A stretch of DNA of 36,952 bases from Phoronis australis (Eukaryota; Animalia; Phoronida): contig NMRA01000173.1 in the NCBI GenBank assembly GCA_002633005.1, positions 535,060 through 572,011 of the forward strand, read 5' to 3'. Under the pieces are notes generated by a model. It was given only the letters and a program-made list of their open reading frames with translations. It had not been told where the DNA came from and ran no database searches. The position numbers and the translations under genes were made by a program. Below, in pieces: positions 1 to 12,250 of the stretch; the stretch's first letter is position 1; the number at the start of each line of letters is the position of its first letter.

Positions 1-26
1 CCCCCCCCCCCGTAGATCCGCCACTG
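1..26. mobile_element. Right end of a CAGTGGCGGA-type MITE
   Basis: Poly-C followed by tagatccgccactg, the reverse complement of the cagtggcggatcta terminus seen elsewhere in the window. Confidence 0.6.
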
Positions 27-1308
27 CCCACTTTCAACATTACAAAAAGTGCTTACGGATTTACCTCCCCTGTCACGTGATGAACGCAATATCAATTATA
101 TTTGATAGTGCTCATGTTCCACTTCCTAATCACATTATGTGTTTTTTTCTCATTGCATGCAATATACCTGCTTTTTATGTTGGAAAATTGCAGTTTTCGG
201 TATGAAAAAAAAACGTGCCATTTTCTTCGTAAACCTTTGAAGGCCTATAGGTAAAAAACTAACATAAGTGGAAACTTGATTTTTATACCAGAGCCACATC
301 ACGATCACATACACAAAGTTTAAGCTGAATCTGGAAGACGACCCTTAGAGTGCGTTTTTGATTTCTTTTGATTTTCTCGTGGAATGGCTCTTAAGCTCTT
401 GAAAAGGAAATTATTATGAAGAAAAAGATAAAAAATCAAGAATAACAGTACTCTGAGCTGGTACGCACAGAGCAAATGACGTGGAAAGTGATTAGTTGTT
501 AGTGTCATGAAAGTAGGGAGCATTTTCGTTTGCATTTTGCATCCAAATCGGCTAAGAGAAGTAAACCACCTATGAGCAATTCCCAGTAGTCGAGTAACTC
601 CACGCAAGCATTTCAACGTCAACAACTGAATGGACAAAGGAGCAGGCCACATTCCTTCCGTGTGTTTAAAAACGAGTCGACTATTGCTCATAAATTCGTA
701 CATACTCCATACGATTGCCAAAATGATATGACGATTGGCTTTACGCCTTTACCACACACATTAGGAAAATAATAGAATTCTCTCTCGCTCCCTCTTCCTC
801 TCCCTTTCGTTCTCTGTGAATTACTTATATTTCATAAAATATAATGAGCCGAAGAGGTCTTAGACAAGTACCTTTTTACGCATGAAATGATGCCATGTTA
901 CGCACACGTGCCTATGTTAAAATTTAACAATTGTATAGCAAAGATGTCGCTACATAATAACACAGCAAATTCCATAGTACGAAGGCAATTTATTTAATTA
1001 CGTGGTCGTCAGACTGAATTAATGATCATTTGCGCCTTTAACACACATTTTGTTTTTTTTCTGTATGGTGGTTGGGTTCCTTCAAACTACTAGGGAGTCC
1101 CCAGAAGTTTCGTAATCTGTGAAACCTGAGACACTAATAAGTGGCAATTTGAGGCAGTGACATAGTAGGTTAGAGAGGTTTATTAACCCTTTGACACAAT
1201 TGTGAGTCCCTTCGACGACATAAAACAAGAAGGATAGGACAAAAGAGTAACATTTTGTTAATTAACACAGTGAAAAGCATGCAGTTTCCATTCACTTCAC
1301 AAAAAACA

Positions 1309-2811
1309 CTAAATATCCACTCTAGACATTGAATCGATTCCCTCGACATTTAAAGTTTGACATGGAGTGTTGCTGAGATTCTTGCGCGTCCTGCTAACTT
1401 CCGGCTCATTCATGGCACTTCCGTTACGAGAAAAACTCGTTTGCAAAGTAGATGAGGACATGTTTTGCTGATCAATCCTTTTAGCAAGTATATGAGCCAG
1501 CCGGGCTCGGTCCTGTGGGCTAATTTCGACCGAATCTACACTTCTTCTGCACGGTCGCATTTGCACATTGGTATCAGAAGATGTGCTTCCTCGTCGAAAT
1601 AAAATCTTGAATTCTCTCCTAATTGCTGTATTTCTAAATACATACACCATGGGATTAATAGCAGAGGCGCTCAATGCGACCCAATACACTAGACACTGGA
1701 CAACAGCTGGTATGCGCGAATGAGTTCCCAATATGGATTCAATTAAAATAACCACAAAATATGGCGACCAGCACAACAGGAATGTGGCGATGACTACAAG
1801 GCCAGTCTTTGCCGCTTTCCAATCGTCCTTGTGGAATATCAAGGCCAAAGATCGGCCAACTAAACTGCTTCTCCGACGACCGTTAATTAACGAATCTTGG
1901 CGTCTTAGCACATTAGAGCTCGAACTGTTTCTGCGAGTAAAAATCAACGAACTTGTACTTCCTTTGCGGGAGATGGTTCTCTGTTCGTCCACAATTCCAT
2001 CAGAACTGTTTGAATCAGGTTGTACACTATTTCTCCGCGCTCGCGCAGTTATCTTTTGAGTGGCTCTATAAAGGACGATGTATATCCATAACATGGTCCC
2101 AAAAGGCAATAAAAAGCAGACAATAGTAAGAAATATAGTGTATGACATGTGAGCCGATTCTGGATTGCGCCATTTCACGGTGCAAGAACCCTGTGCAGGT
2201 TGATATGCAATATAATTCCAGCCGAAAATTGGCGGCAGGGAATACAACACGGACAATGTCCACACACCGGCAATCATGTACGTCGATCTGTCTGTGGTAA
2301 AACGTGCATTGTAGTGAAACGGGGATACAATAGCTGCGTATCTGTCACAGGCAATCAAAAGTAATGTCAATATACACGCTGAAATTAACAGCGTCGTGAG
2401 CATTCCCGTAATTTGGCACCATCCGTCACCGAACTGCCAACTGCTGGTAACCATTGTAACGATGCTAAACGGCATTACGAAGACAGTTATTAAAAAGCAG
2501 CTGACTGACAAGTTCATTACAAAGCGGTTCGATATTGTCATGAGTTGCGCTCGGCGTTTGTAGAAAACAACGAACACAAATATATTTCCGATTAAACTAG
2601 CAATAAATATCAGTGAGATAAATATGACTAGAAAAACAAAAGCTGAGACTGGTATATTCTCCAAGCTATCGTTGTACCCTTCGAGTTCGCTATCTTTTGA
2701 ACTCCCGGTGACATTTGAAACGCTATTTCCAGAGTCAGGGATCACAGTTGTTTCAACCAAAGTGAAGTTAAACGGAGACATTGTTGACTGTTGAACATCT
2801 GTTGGGGCCAT
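1309..2811 (-). CDS. GPR161: GPR161-like rhodopsin-class orphan GPCR, intronless CDS, 500 aa
   Basis: Seven hydrophobic segments with class A motifs (GN in TM1, DRY, CWSPY, NPMVY). LMTISNRFVMNL, WQFGDGWC and LPPIFGW resemble recalled GPR161 segments LLTLSNKFVFSL, WIFGVVWC and LPPLFGW. GPR161 versus GPR101-type orthology needs a phylogeny. Confidence 0.8.
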   Translation of the reverse strand: MAPTDVQQSTMSPFNFTLVETTVIPDSGNSVSNVTGSSKDSELEGYNDSLENIPVSAFVFLVIFISLIFIASLIGNIFVFVVFYKRRAQLMTISNRFVMNLSVSCFLITVFVMPFSIVTMVTSSWQFGDGWCQITGMLTTLLISACILTLLLIACDRYAAIVSPFHYNARFTTDRSTYMIAGVWTLSVLYSLPPIFGWNYIAYQPAQGSCTVKWRNPESAHMSYTIFLTIVCFLLPFGTMLWIYIVLYRATQKITARARRNSVQPDSNSSDGIVDEQRTISRKGSTSSLIFTRRNSSSSNVLRRQDSLINGRRRSSLVGRSLALIFHKDDWKAAKTGLVVIATFLLCWSPYFVVILIESILGTHSRIPAVVQCLVYWVALSASAINPMVYVFRNTAIRREFKILFRRGSTSSDTNVQMRPCRRSVDSVEISPQDRARLAHILAKRIDQQNMSSSTLQTSFSRNGSAMNEPEVSRTRKNLSNTPCQTLNVEGIDSMSRVDI

Positions 2812-4500
2812 CTCAAAAAACTTTGTTGATGTTTCTGAAGCTAGCTGTCGTGTATCCAGGGGCTATGACATTAAACGCATGCCTGGGAACGCTTATAAAA
2901 ACTCATCGCCAATCCAAACGTAAATAATTATAGATTGCCAGATGTTTCGTCTTTATTACAATACAACACCGAGAAATCTTGTTCCTTGACAAATGAGACA
3001 CCTGAAGTTTGAATTTGGCAGGCGGATGGCTGTTTTAAAGTAGGCTGCCAGTTTACTTCAATATCTCCAACAAAATGACCCAAGGTCATCATTGAAGGGT
3101 TGTCTACTCTGGTTTCAAAGCAGACATCCTGAACACTATGCCTAACTGCAGTAGACAGTCACAAAAGTCGTGTCTGTTATCTCATGTACAAAGATCGTGC
3201 CGTAAAAACCTTCCCTAATCTCCGACATCAATTCATTTTGATGGTCTCCAAAAGTTTCAAAATCTGGCAGCGCACAACTGGCGATCATTTGACAAGAACG
3301 CACGCCATCGCACTCAGTTCACGTATCGCTAACGCTACACGTTATGTTGTCACGCGCGTCGACCGACTTCTCTCATTTCTGTTATGGTTTCGACTACCTC
3401 GATGTCTTAGTACTCAACACTATGGATTGGTTTCTTTTCTTCTCCGGTGGTATATCCACGCCAAAGTCATCCACGACTACCAAAATCTCACTCCATGTAA
3501 ACTGTGACAGATAACCCAAGATCCAGGAAGCCAACAACCGGTGGAAATATTGTAAAAAGCAGCTGACCTAGAAAAGAACTTACATAACATCCCTCCGGTT
3601 TGACTGTGAATGCACACTGACTGAGAAATTTCCACGAATATGGGGCATTCATAAGTTACCAGTGCTGTATTTGTCGACGATTACTGGACCACACCTGCTG
3701 AGAATAAGAACAACAGCTATTGGTGAAATAGTTTCAGTCTCCATGTGAGTCTTTCATTGTGTTGTGCTAAGCTGATTCTTTCAGTCAGTTGAAATACTGA
3801 ATGCCCTGCGGTTAGCAAGCCCGACAGAGTAGTGACTCACAAGATTTCTTTATGTAGTTATCAGCTTACACAAGCTTCGTCCCGTTCCACGTGTTGTATG
3901 AAGTTTCCACTTCGACACAGGCAACATGCAAGCGATATCGATTTAGTTTTGACTGCCAGTTAACAACCGTTCTGTCCTAGCGTTCTCGTCGCTCCTACAT
4001 TATTTATTGCAGTCAGAAAATAAATACACAGATTCTATCGTGATGATAAGTAGGCAGGGCTTGTGGTCTAAAAATAGTTCAGAACCCGACGCCGTGATCG
4101 AAAGAACAACATGTGTGGTAAGAGCTGTTCTAAAAATAGATGGACTCCGCCTTGATGGACGCTATCACTTTCCGAGGGGCGGAATCTGCTCGTGCGATTT
4201 AATATTTAATAATGGTTTCGTGAAACCATGTGTGTTGCTTTGTAACACCCTTACCAACTTATGGGAGTTTTTCATGCATATTCTAATTTTCCAATGGAGC
4301 CGATATGTTATATCTAATAATTGCCTAATGCACACAAATAAAACGGTACAGGTAGAGATGCTCTGTCTCTGCTGCAATAAACTGAGCAGCAGAAACAATT
4401 ACATGTGTGTATCGAACTAACGAGGTTTGTGGTCCGAGCCATGATACGATTATTGATGAGTCAAAAGTGTTCAAAGATTGTTTGTACCTGCTTCAGGTCC

Positions 4501-4651
4501 CAGTGGGGGATTTAGGGGCGGGGGGGCAAGGGGTACATGGCCCCCAAAAATTCTCCCAGATTCCATTTGGCAGTTCGGGAGTGCTAATGTCTGACGGCAA
4601 AGTCCTGGCTAATACTCTGCCCTGCCCCCCAACTCAAAATCCTGGATCCTG
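4501..4651. mobile_element. Degenerate CAGTGG-type MITE
   Basis: Runs cagtgggggatttagggg...aaatcctggatcctg and shares internal sequence (ccatttggcagt, aactcaaaatcctggatcc) with 5771-6060. Flanks ggtcc/ggacc. Confidence 0.7.
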
Positions 4652-5770
4652 GGACCTACGCAGACCACAAACCTCGTTTGGGGTTGATCGTACTCTATAA
4701 ACCGCTTTTGACCTTAAATGGATGTAACTGGTAATTCCACCTGTCTAATTTACTTATTGATAGCTGGGCCCAGGGTGAATAACATCAATAATTACCTATT
4801 GTTGAGGCATACTATGGTTTAGTAATTATTCTCTGTAATTAATGAACAAACCAACAGGAGACTTTCAGTCTACGTTGGTCCTGCGTTGGTCTACTTCCTC
4901 AAGTTAATGCTCTCAAGTACTATTAATCTGCAAGCTAAAGCTATGGATGCTCTTATGCAAGATTTTTCTGTACTTAGAGCCACACTGAATGTCTGATCCA
5001 CAGACTGAAAAAATCCATGACATTAAACCTTCCGTCTTATCAACCGACCCCAGATCAGAAGGTTACATTCCAGCGATACAAAATGTGGCGAGCGTGAGCA
5101 TAAGGCCCTGTCCGCCCCAGCCTCTTTCCGATCGTTGGCGGCCGAGAGGAAAGTGTCGTTAGGCGTAAGTTACGCTCGTAAATTATGGGCGCAAAGACAC
5201 CTTTTTCACGCCCGTGTTTTACGAGCATAATTGTTAAGTCTTATGAGAGTTTAGGTTGCAGGTCATGTGATCCCTAGCGCAAAACGGCGAGGATCTTATA
5301 TCTACAATGCAAGTCTTTACGTTTGGCCAATTGCCTACAAAGCTACAGAATATAACGCAGTGAAAGTATATATTTCTGAAAGTAGAAATTGTAGAATTTG
5401 ATTCATTGGGGTCTCATGACCATGTCTTATTATCAAAAACTTTGCAAAAAAGAAAGTTGCATTCATTGCAAAACAACGGTATCAACAACATGGTCAAATT
5501 TTATGTTTTTACTCTTGGTACAGCGAACTAATTAGTCTAAGATTACCTTCCACGACACGTATCTGTAGTTGAAAAATGACTTATGAGCTAGACAGAGAAT
5601 TTTAAATTTTATGTTACATGTCAGTGATACGTTTGCAACCATTACTTACAACGAATATTTTGGCGAAATTTGTTAATTTTCCCTCATTTCTTCACGCAAC
5701 TGGACGTGCCACACTTAAATTTTCACAAAACAAAATTCACAAACCTGTCACGAAGTGCCTTCTCCCCTCC

Positions 5771-6060
5771 CAGTGGCGGATTTAGGGGGGCCAAGGGGAC
5801 CATGGCCCCCCTAAAGTTCTTCGAGATACCATTTGGCAGTCTGGGGTGCGAATTGCTGACTAGCATATGCGCGCACCCAGGGGGCTCGGGGACCTTGAAC
5901 AAACCCCGTTTACGTTTTTTTTTTTAGTAAAATGGTCCACAAACCCAAAAGTTAAAGACCCCTTCATCCCTACATATTCGGCTGGGCGCGCGCATTTGGC
6001 AAAATTCTGGTTATTTCCGTGCCCTAGCCCCCCTAACTCAAAATCCTGGATCCGTCCCTG
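5771..6060. mobile_element. MITE with TIRs and perfect 5-bp TSD (hAT5-like)
   Basis: cctcc|cagtggcggattt...ggatccgtccctg|cctcc. Confidence 0.8.
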
Positions 6061-6423
6061 CCTCCCCCATTGCGTTGTGGCGTTGCTCGGTAGCGACTGA
6101 TTTCAGGTAGTTCAGAAGAAGCCCGAATTACTAAATGGCAGCACCTTTGGATCATATTTTTGGAATTTGTATGAAATTTTCTTGCAGGATCTACATTGTT
6201 GGCTTTTATCTAGCATAATTTTGGGCTGAAGGCTGTCAATTTTGCATTTTAGTTGACATTTTTTCAGAGCCTAAATTCCATTTCAGTGAATGAAAGGGCA
6301 AAAATGAGACATGGTTAAATTTTTGTGGTCATTGTAGAGCTTTTGATGCGAAATGCCTCACTCAAAGCTTTTCATTTTGTTCATTCAATTTTCGACAAAG
6401 TGGAATAAAAGCAACAAATCCAG

Positions 6424-6620
6424 TGATGATAACTGTACTATGGCGGGGCAAAACCAACTGATGATAACTGTACTATGACGGGGCAAAACCAACTGATGAT
6501 AACTGTACTATGACGGGGCAAAACCAACTGATGATAACTGTACTATGACGGGGCAAAACCAACTGATGATAACTGTACTATGACGGGGCAAAACCAACTG
6601 ATGATAACTGTACTATGACG
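6424..6620. repeat. 35-bp minisatellite, ~5.6 copies
   Basis: Unit tgatgataactgtactatgacggggcaaaaccaac. Confidence 0.95.
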
Positions 6621-6884
6621 CCTTATGTCAGAGGATCAACTAGGTCTGTACATCCACACCACTGTTGTTATGGATTTAACTTTTTTATTGATCATGATTG
6701 GTTGATTTATTTAACAACGATGGTCCAAAATAATAGGGTATAATTTAATTTTCATGGAATTGAAGTTTGAGGAAGATTCTATTTTTTGTAAATTATTTGG
6801 TAAGTTGTTCCATTGTTTGACACTAGTTTAAAAAAATGAGAGTTGTATGGGCAGCAGAAAGTGCAAAATTTATTTAAAAATAAG

Positions 6885-7185
6885 AAATCCCATTCAATGC
6901 TATGTAATAAATTCAATCCTATTTAAAATAAAAATCAATCCTACTTTGAACATTCCCTTTGAATCTAGTCAGGTGTTGTATGAATTCAATCATGTTTTAG
7001 AAGTTCCGAATCCTATTTTAGATGAACGCTGTTTTAGAAATTCAATCCTATTTTAGAAATTCAATCCAATTTTAGAAATTCAATCCTATTTTAGAAATTC
7101 AACCCTATTTCACAAAATTAATTCAATCCTATTTCATCGACTCAATTCTTTTTCATCATTTCAATCCTATTTCATCAATTCAGTG
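6885..7185. repeat. Degenerate ~20-bp ttcaatcctatttt array
   Basis: Repeated aattcaatcctattttaga units. A related array lies at 22720-22965. Confidence 0.8.
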
Positions 7186-7400
7186 CTATAGGCAGTTTTC
7201 AGTTTATTTCCCAAATCAAACTTATGAACAAGGGCAAGAATTAAGTGATGATGAACCAGTGCGAGATGTATGGATAGAACCACTGTTTGAGAGACAAATA
7301 TTGCAAAAGGCTTGACACGTTTGTAGAGCCACACTGGTTACATGTGTCGGAGCCTGTTAACGGACCTCGCTCCATTAGTATTGGAATGCATATACTTTAT

Positions 7401-7512
7401 TATAGGCGGACCCATGGGGTTAATTTAGAATTTTCAAATTGTTGACTTGCACTCCCGTTTTAAAAAATCCTCGATCCGATCCCCCTTTTAAAAAATCCTG
7501 GATTCGCTCCTG
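7401..7512. mobile_element. Short degenerate MITE of the same terminus type
   Basis: tttat|tataggcggaccc...ggattcgctcctg|tttac. Confidence 0.55.
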
Positions 7513-7863
7513 TTTACATTTTTCAGACAGTGCTTGTTTATCACTTGCATTTCCTTGTCCATCTGTTAGCCACGCCACAGCACTCGTCTTTCACTGTAAT
7601 CGAACTGAACCTCTTTGATCTATGCACTCACTTCATGCTGTTGCTTTAATCACCCTTCACTTCCTCCCGATGTGACCACACCTGTCTCTTTGTTCTGCTC
7701 CTGCATCTTTATTGCTGCTTTCCTATTGTCCACTTCTCTGAGGCCATCTCTTGTCTAGTGATAATTTTGGTTAATATCTAGTTTGTTGTAATTTTGGTAC
7801 CTCACTTGTTGGAACAGTTCCGTATTGTCAGAGAGAGAATCATTTTTCTGTAGACAGCCTTCT

Positions 7864-7884
7864 TGTGTGTGTGTGTGTGTGTGT
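7864..7884. repeat. (TG)n microsatellite
   Basis: About 10 TG units. Confidence 0.9.
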
Positions 7885-8037
7885 ATATACATACCCATAT
7901 ATATTTATATAATCAAACCGATCGTGGGTTACACTTACAGACAATGAGTGCATGCGCTGCGAAGGAAATTACGATAAATGCGTGTCCGTTGGTTCTGACC
8001 CGAATACTGCCAAACCTAGCGTGTGTTATCTTACTCA

Positions 8038-8304
8038 CAGTGGCGGATCTAGGATACCGGAGAATTGGGCAGAGCGTGATTGTATGCACAGGCGGCCCAA
8101 AAGTTGCGGGGGCTGGCGATGTGGACCTGGTGTGCCCAAATTCTATCGGAGGACTAAAAAAAAAGAAAAAAAAACGGGAACACGGTTCCGCCGCGCTCTG
8201 CCCCCCCCGCTGCCGTTCCAAATTGGTGCACTGCACTCGATATTTATTTCTTCACGCTGCTGCGGTTTAATTTTCCTTGCCCCCCCCCCCTAAATCCGCC
8301 TATG
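8038..8304. mobile_element. MITE with TIRs and perfect 5-bp TSD (hAT5-like)
   Basis: actca|cagtggcggatctagg...ctaaatccgcctatg|actca. Confidence 0.8.
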
Positions 8305-9894
8305 ACTCATATCGCCTACAGTTTTCTCGGTAGAGCGCGCAGTTGTTATTTTTTGAGACTAGACTCTTTCGAAGCCTGGATTCGGAAATCATCCGTATTT
8401 GACATCGTGTTTGACTTTCGAACAGTTTGAGACACAAAAATTGTAATGAAAGGCGGGTTTGCTGGGGCTTTAACAAGGTGTACGGGTTAATATTCAACTC
8501 ACTCATGCGCGGCAAGAATGTCTTACCAACAGTGAGAATCGCATAATCACAAGTTACGGGTCAACGACCTCGACTAAACTGAACTCATGTGGCCATTGAG
8601 GATTACCATGATGTGCCCTACAGATCACGACCAACGTACTGGACCTACAGACGTTAATTGCACCTGGCATTATTGGACGAGACATCTTATAGAAAAAAGC
8701 CGTGTTTTTGCAATTTATATGAAGCCGAGAATAGCAACAAAGCACCTATATGACCGGTGAATAAAAATCAATAAATGTTGGCACACTGCGGCATGTAGCC
8801 AAGACTAGAACTCACGCGATAGATTGCACTTATGACACAAGTTCAGTCACGAGATGACTTATTTCAATTCTTTTAGTGATTTTTTGTTTAACTTTGACGA
8901 TAAAGTCATGAGGAGCTTTCTTTGAACTAGACCTACGTTAGCGCTATGTCACATCAGATGTATTGAAAAAGTAGCAGTAAAATTGGAGGTACATTGATAT
9001 GGCTTGATGAGAGACACCAGAACAATGTGGAAATATTGCACCAAACATATAATGCAGATTAGGTTTCGATGTAAAAACGCTGTTAATGTTTATGCAGTGA
9101 CCTTTATTAAAACGGCAGCGGCACTGAGTAGCAATACTAGTCGATTAGTCGTAATGTGGAATTCCAAGTCCGTCAGTCAGTTGATTTGTTAAGACGTAAG
9201 GTTTTATACGTTAACGCGTGGATGTATAACGCTTTTTAATTAAAATTCGGTTTGTAGATGTATGTAGAGTGTCGCTTATTTAACCTTTGTTAGAGCGGTA
9301 GTCCCGCATTTCAGATTCCTCGCTTTCGCCACTTCTGCCCGCCCCTACCCCAATTTCACACATACTCCCATAAGCGTGGAGATTTTGGTGTTTGGGTCAA
9401 GCCCCTGGGCAACCAGAAACTTTGATACCCTTATTTCCACAAAAAATTACGGTCGATAACTTGAAGAATCATTTGCACCCGACCACGTTACGCGACGAAC
9501 GTGTTAAAGGCAGGATTTCGATGTTTTGTGGCGTCTTTTTATGAAATACACTTTATTAAAACGACACACTGTCATGATAAACTTGTAGGGGATATAAAGA
9601 TAACGTAAACACGTTCTGTTGAGGGCAGCGGAATGCAAAGAAATTTGGGGAGAAATAACGTCACCTCGGAATTGAGTACACAGAACACTGTCTCTTTAAA
9701 GAGGCATGTAACGCGCAATCTTTTAAAAAATATCTTTTACACAGATCTACTCATTGGGATGCTAACGTAAGAGTTATTCAATTTGAATATTTGAATTTCT
9801 TGAAACCATCGCCAGATTCACCATTTTGGAAACACAGACGAAATATAAACCGAACTCTTGTCCCAGCATAGTTCTCTACCCCTAATAATAGTCA

Positions 9895-9913
9895 TGCGCA
9901 TGCGCTATAAAAA
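9895..9913 (+). promoter_or_regulatory. NRF1-type motif directly followed by a TATA box
   Basis: tgcgcatgcgc-tataaaaa. Confidence 0.35.
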
Positions 9914-11260
9914 GTCGGTATGGTTGCTGCTTGAATTCGCTAGTTTTGTTTACATCAAAGGTCGTATAAGGAAACGTGTTACGTTTACGTCTTGCCATAC
10001 CTATAAGGAGAGGTATTTGCCGTGTGAGAGAAAAATCGACGAAGTGACGAGCAGCTGATATTTTTTTTGAAATTTGAAACTAATGGAAAATTGCTTTGAC
10101 ATCAACAGAAATTCAAAATGTTTACGAACAATTCGTAAGAATATCTGGTGAACAGTTTGACTTCCGTTTCAGCGGCAGAGAACCACTTTGAATAAAGCAA
10201 TTTTCCGTTTTTCACGTTCTGTACCACTTTAAACATCGGTTATGGCTTCGCCTGTCGCAAACAAATCCACTACAACAGGAAACTATAGGAACACCGTATT
10301 TGTCAACCTTCACTCTTATCTGGCTTCTATTGTGAGTCAGCATGTGTGTATATTTGGCTAATAAGCCACCTATGGAACTCCTTTTGGATGAATAGATGAC
10401 CAGGCCATAAAATGCTAATTAGCCAACACAAGTTAAATAATGGTGGCCGGCAGTGAAATGACACATCATCTGGGGGCCCAGTTTGGAGAAACTTGGGCCG
10501 TTTCCAAATCCCTTGTTGACATAGGCCGGGATAAACGAGTTTCTGGTAGCTGTCCCCCCGAGAAAGTAAACGATAAAGAACTGGCGGGACTTCATCGGCA
10601 TGTCAAAATTGAATGCCACACTACTTCTTTAGACGTTTATTTCACAATGGCAAAAGTCTATGGAATTCGTAGCCTGTCAGTTATTATTACGCACTGGTTT
10701 TACGCGTCAGCGTGTTAATCTAGGTCCGGCCAGCACATTTATTGAATAACGCATTAATTCGCTTTGTAGATGTGCTGTACCTACGAAGCAAGTAGCTTGC
10801 ATTGCATCAGTTCTTATAACGTTTGGACAGACTGGGGTGAGATACATATGCCAGCGAATGGCCTAAACGAGTGATTAAATTTCGTATCTACCAGTTTAAC
10901 GGCAGTGAACTAACATACATACTAGCAAAGATTGTGACTAGTTCATTCCTGTTACTTAGTTGGATGTTCGTTCATCAGGTCATCACTTTCTATGATCGGG
11001 AAATGCAGGTTGAAAGCAATCTGTGAAACTGTCAGCACATGTCAGATCTGGTCAGTCCGGTACAGGGTTCTGCTCTCACCTGGCATCATTTCTCATTGTA
11101 TTTTTACCAATATTCGTTTTTAAATGAAATGGTGAAGTTGCCGTATTAAGTACGGATGTGTACGCGTCTAAATAAGCAACTGTTATTGAACTCCGTGACC
11201 CACCAGCCGTGTTCGTTTTACATAGTGATACGAAAATTCACCTTGTTTGCAACACATTAA

Positions 11261-12250
11261 AGGAGAAGGCAACATTTTTCATGTCATTTTTAGTAAAAAA
11301 ATACGTTTCTTTGAGTATCCCAAACATATATTTCAGTTAATAACGGCTTCCCAAAATTTTATTAATTAGTCGTGGCTAATTAATCAGGAAGTGACGTTTA
11401 GGGGGTTAAGAATTTCCCACCATTTTGTTTTCATATTGTCTGATTGCGTGAGCTGTCGAGTCGGTCATTGTCTTACCTCGGTTGTGATAAGTTCGGTCGT
11501 CGTTTGCGTTTGTTAACTGGTCAGTCAACATGCCGCTGCGTACCGGGGTGTAACGTATGGTGGTTGCACGCTATTACCGAACGTGTATGAACACAGTCTA
11601 ACCCAGTGCGTCCGTTTGGGCAGAATAGATTGTCTTAACTTCTGTTGCAGTTGTGCGATTTTGGTGATTCAAAAACGGAACATGACCAGCATTTGACAAG
11701 GAATTCAGAAATTCTATTGGTTTAAGCTCAAATATGTTATAACTTAACTTTCATTTTTATCAGCCCAGCCCAGTCAGTCTAGATACGATCTGATCGGAGA
11801 TTAGAGCGATTATCGAACAAAAGAACGCAGGCCCTACAACCATAAATGCCGGAATGGAGTTAATCAGTCGTGTAAGATATTGGCTACGGGGGTAAACTTC
11901 CCAACTTGTTGTTAGGCTGTAGAATCGAACAAGTTGGGAGCAACGGGATGTCGCCGTCATGTGAGTTCTCTAACAACCTGGCTGGTCGTAGAATACTCGT
12001 CGATGGGAAGTGGGGACAACAATTTTAGGAAACCAGTACAAAAACAACAGTAGAACAGCTCCTCACAGTAAACTCGAAAGCAATAGAAACAAAAGGGCGG
12101 GAAACTCTTTTAAAACCCCCTAAACCTCACTTCCGAAGTACTGCACGATTCAAAATTACGGGGAGCAGTAATTAACTGAAACGTACGTTTGGGATGATTA
12201 AAGAACGATATTTTTACAAAAAAAATGACATGAAAAAGGATACCTTCCCT
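11261..12250. mobile_element. Non-autonomous DNA transposon with TTAA TSD and ~170-bp imperfect TIRs (Kolobok-like)
   Basis: ttaa|aggagaaggc...tttttcatgtcattttt at the left end mirrors aaaaatgacatgaaaaaggataccttccct|ttaa at the right. Inner blocks also mirror (ggaagtgacgtttagggggtt versus aaccccctaaacctcacttcc). Confidence 0.75.

Noticed and set aside
1733-2364. Antisense and alternative-frame ORFs inside the GPCR
   Set aside because: Shadows of the real CDS with no recognisable motifs.
6424-6620. CRISPR-like appearance of the 35-bp and 40-bp (34060) repeats
   Set aside because: Units are head-to-tail with no unique spacers, there are no cas genes, and the context is eukaryotic.
7863-8293. 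Three overlapping ORFs over 100 aa
   Set aside because: They span a microsatellite and a GC-rich MITE and have low-complexity translations.
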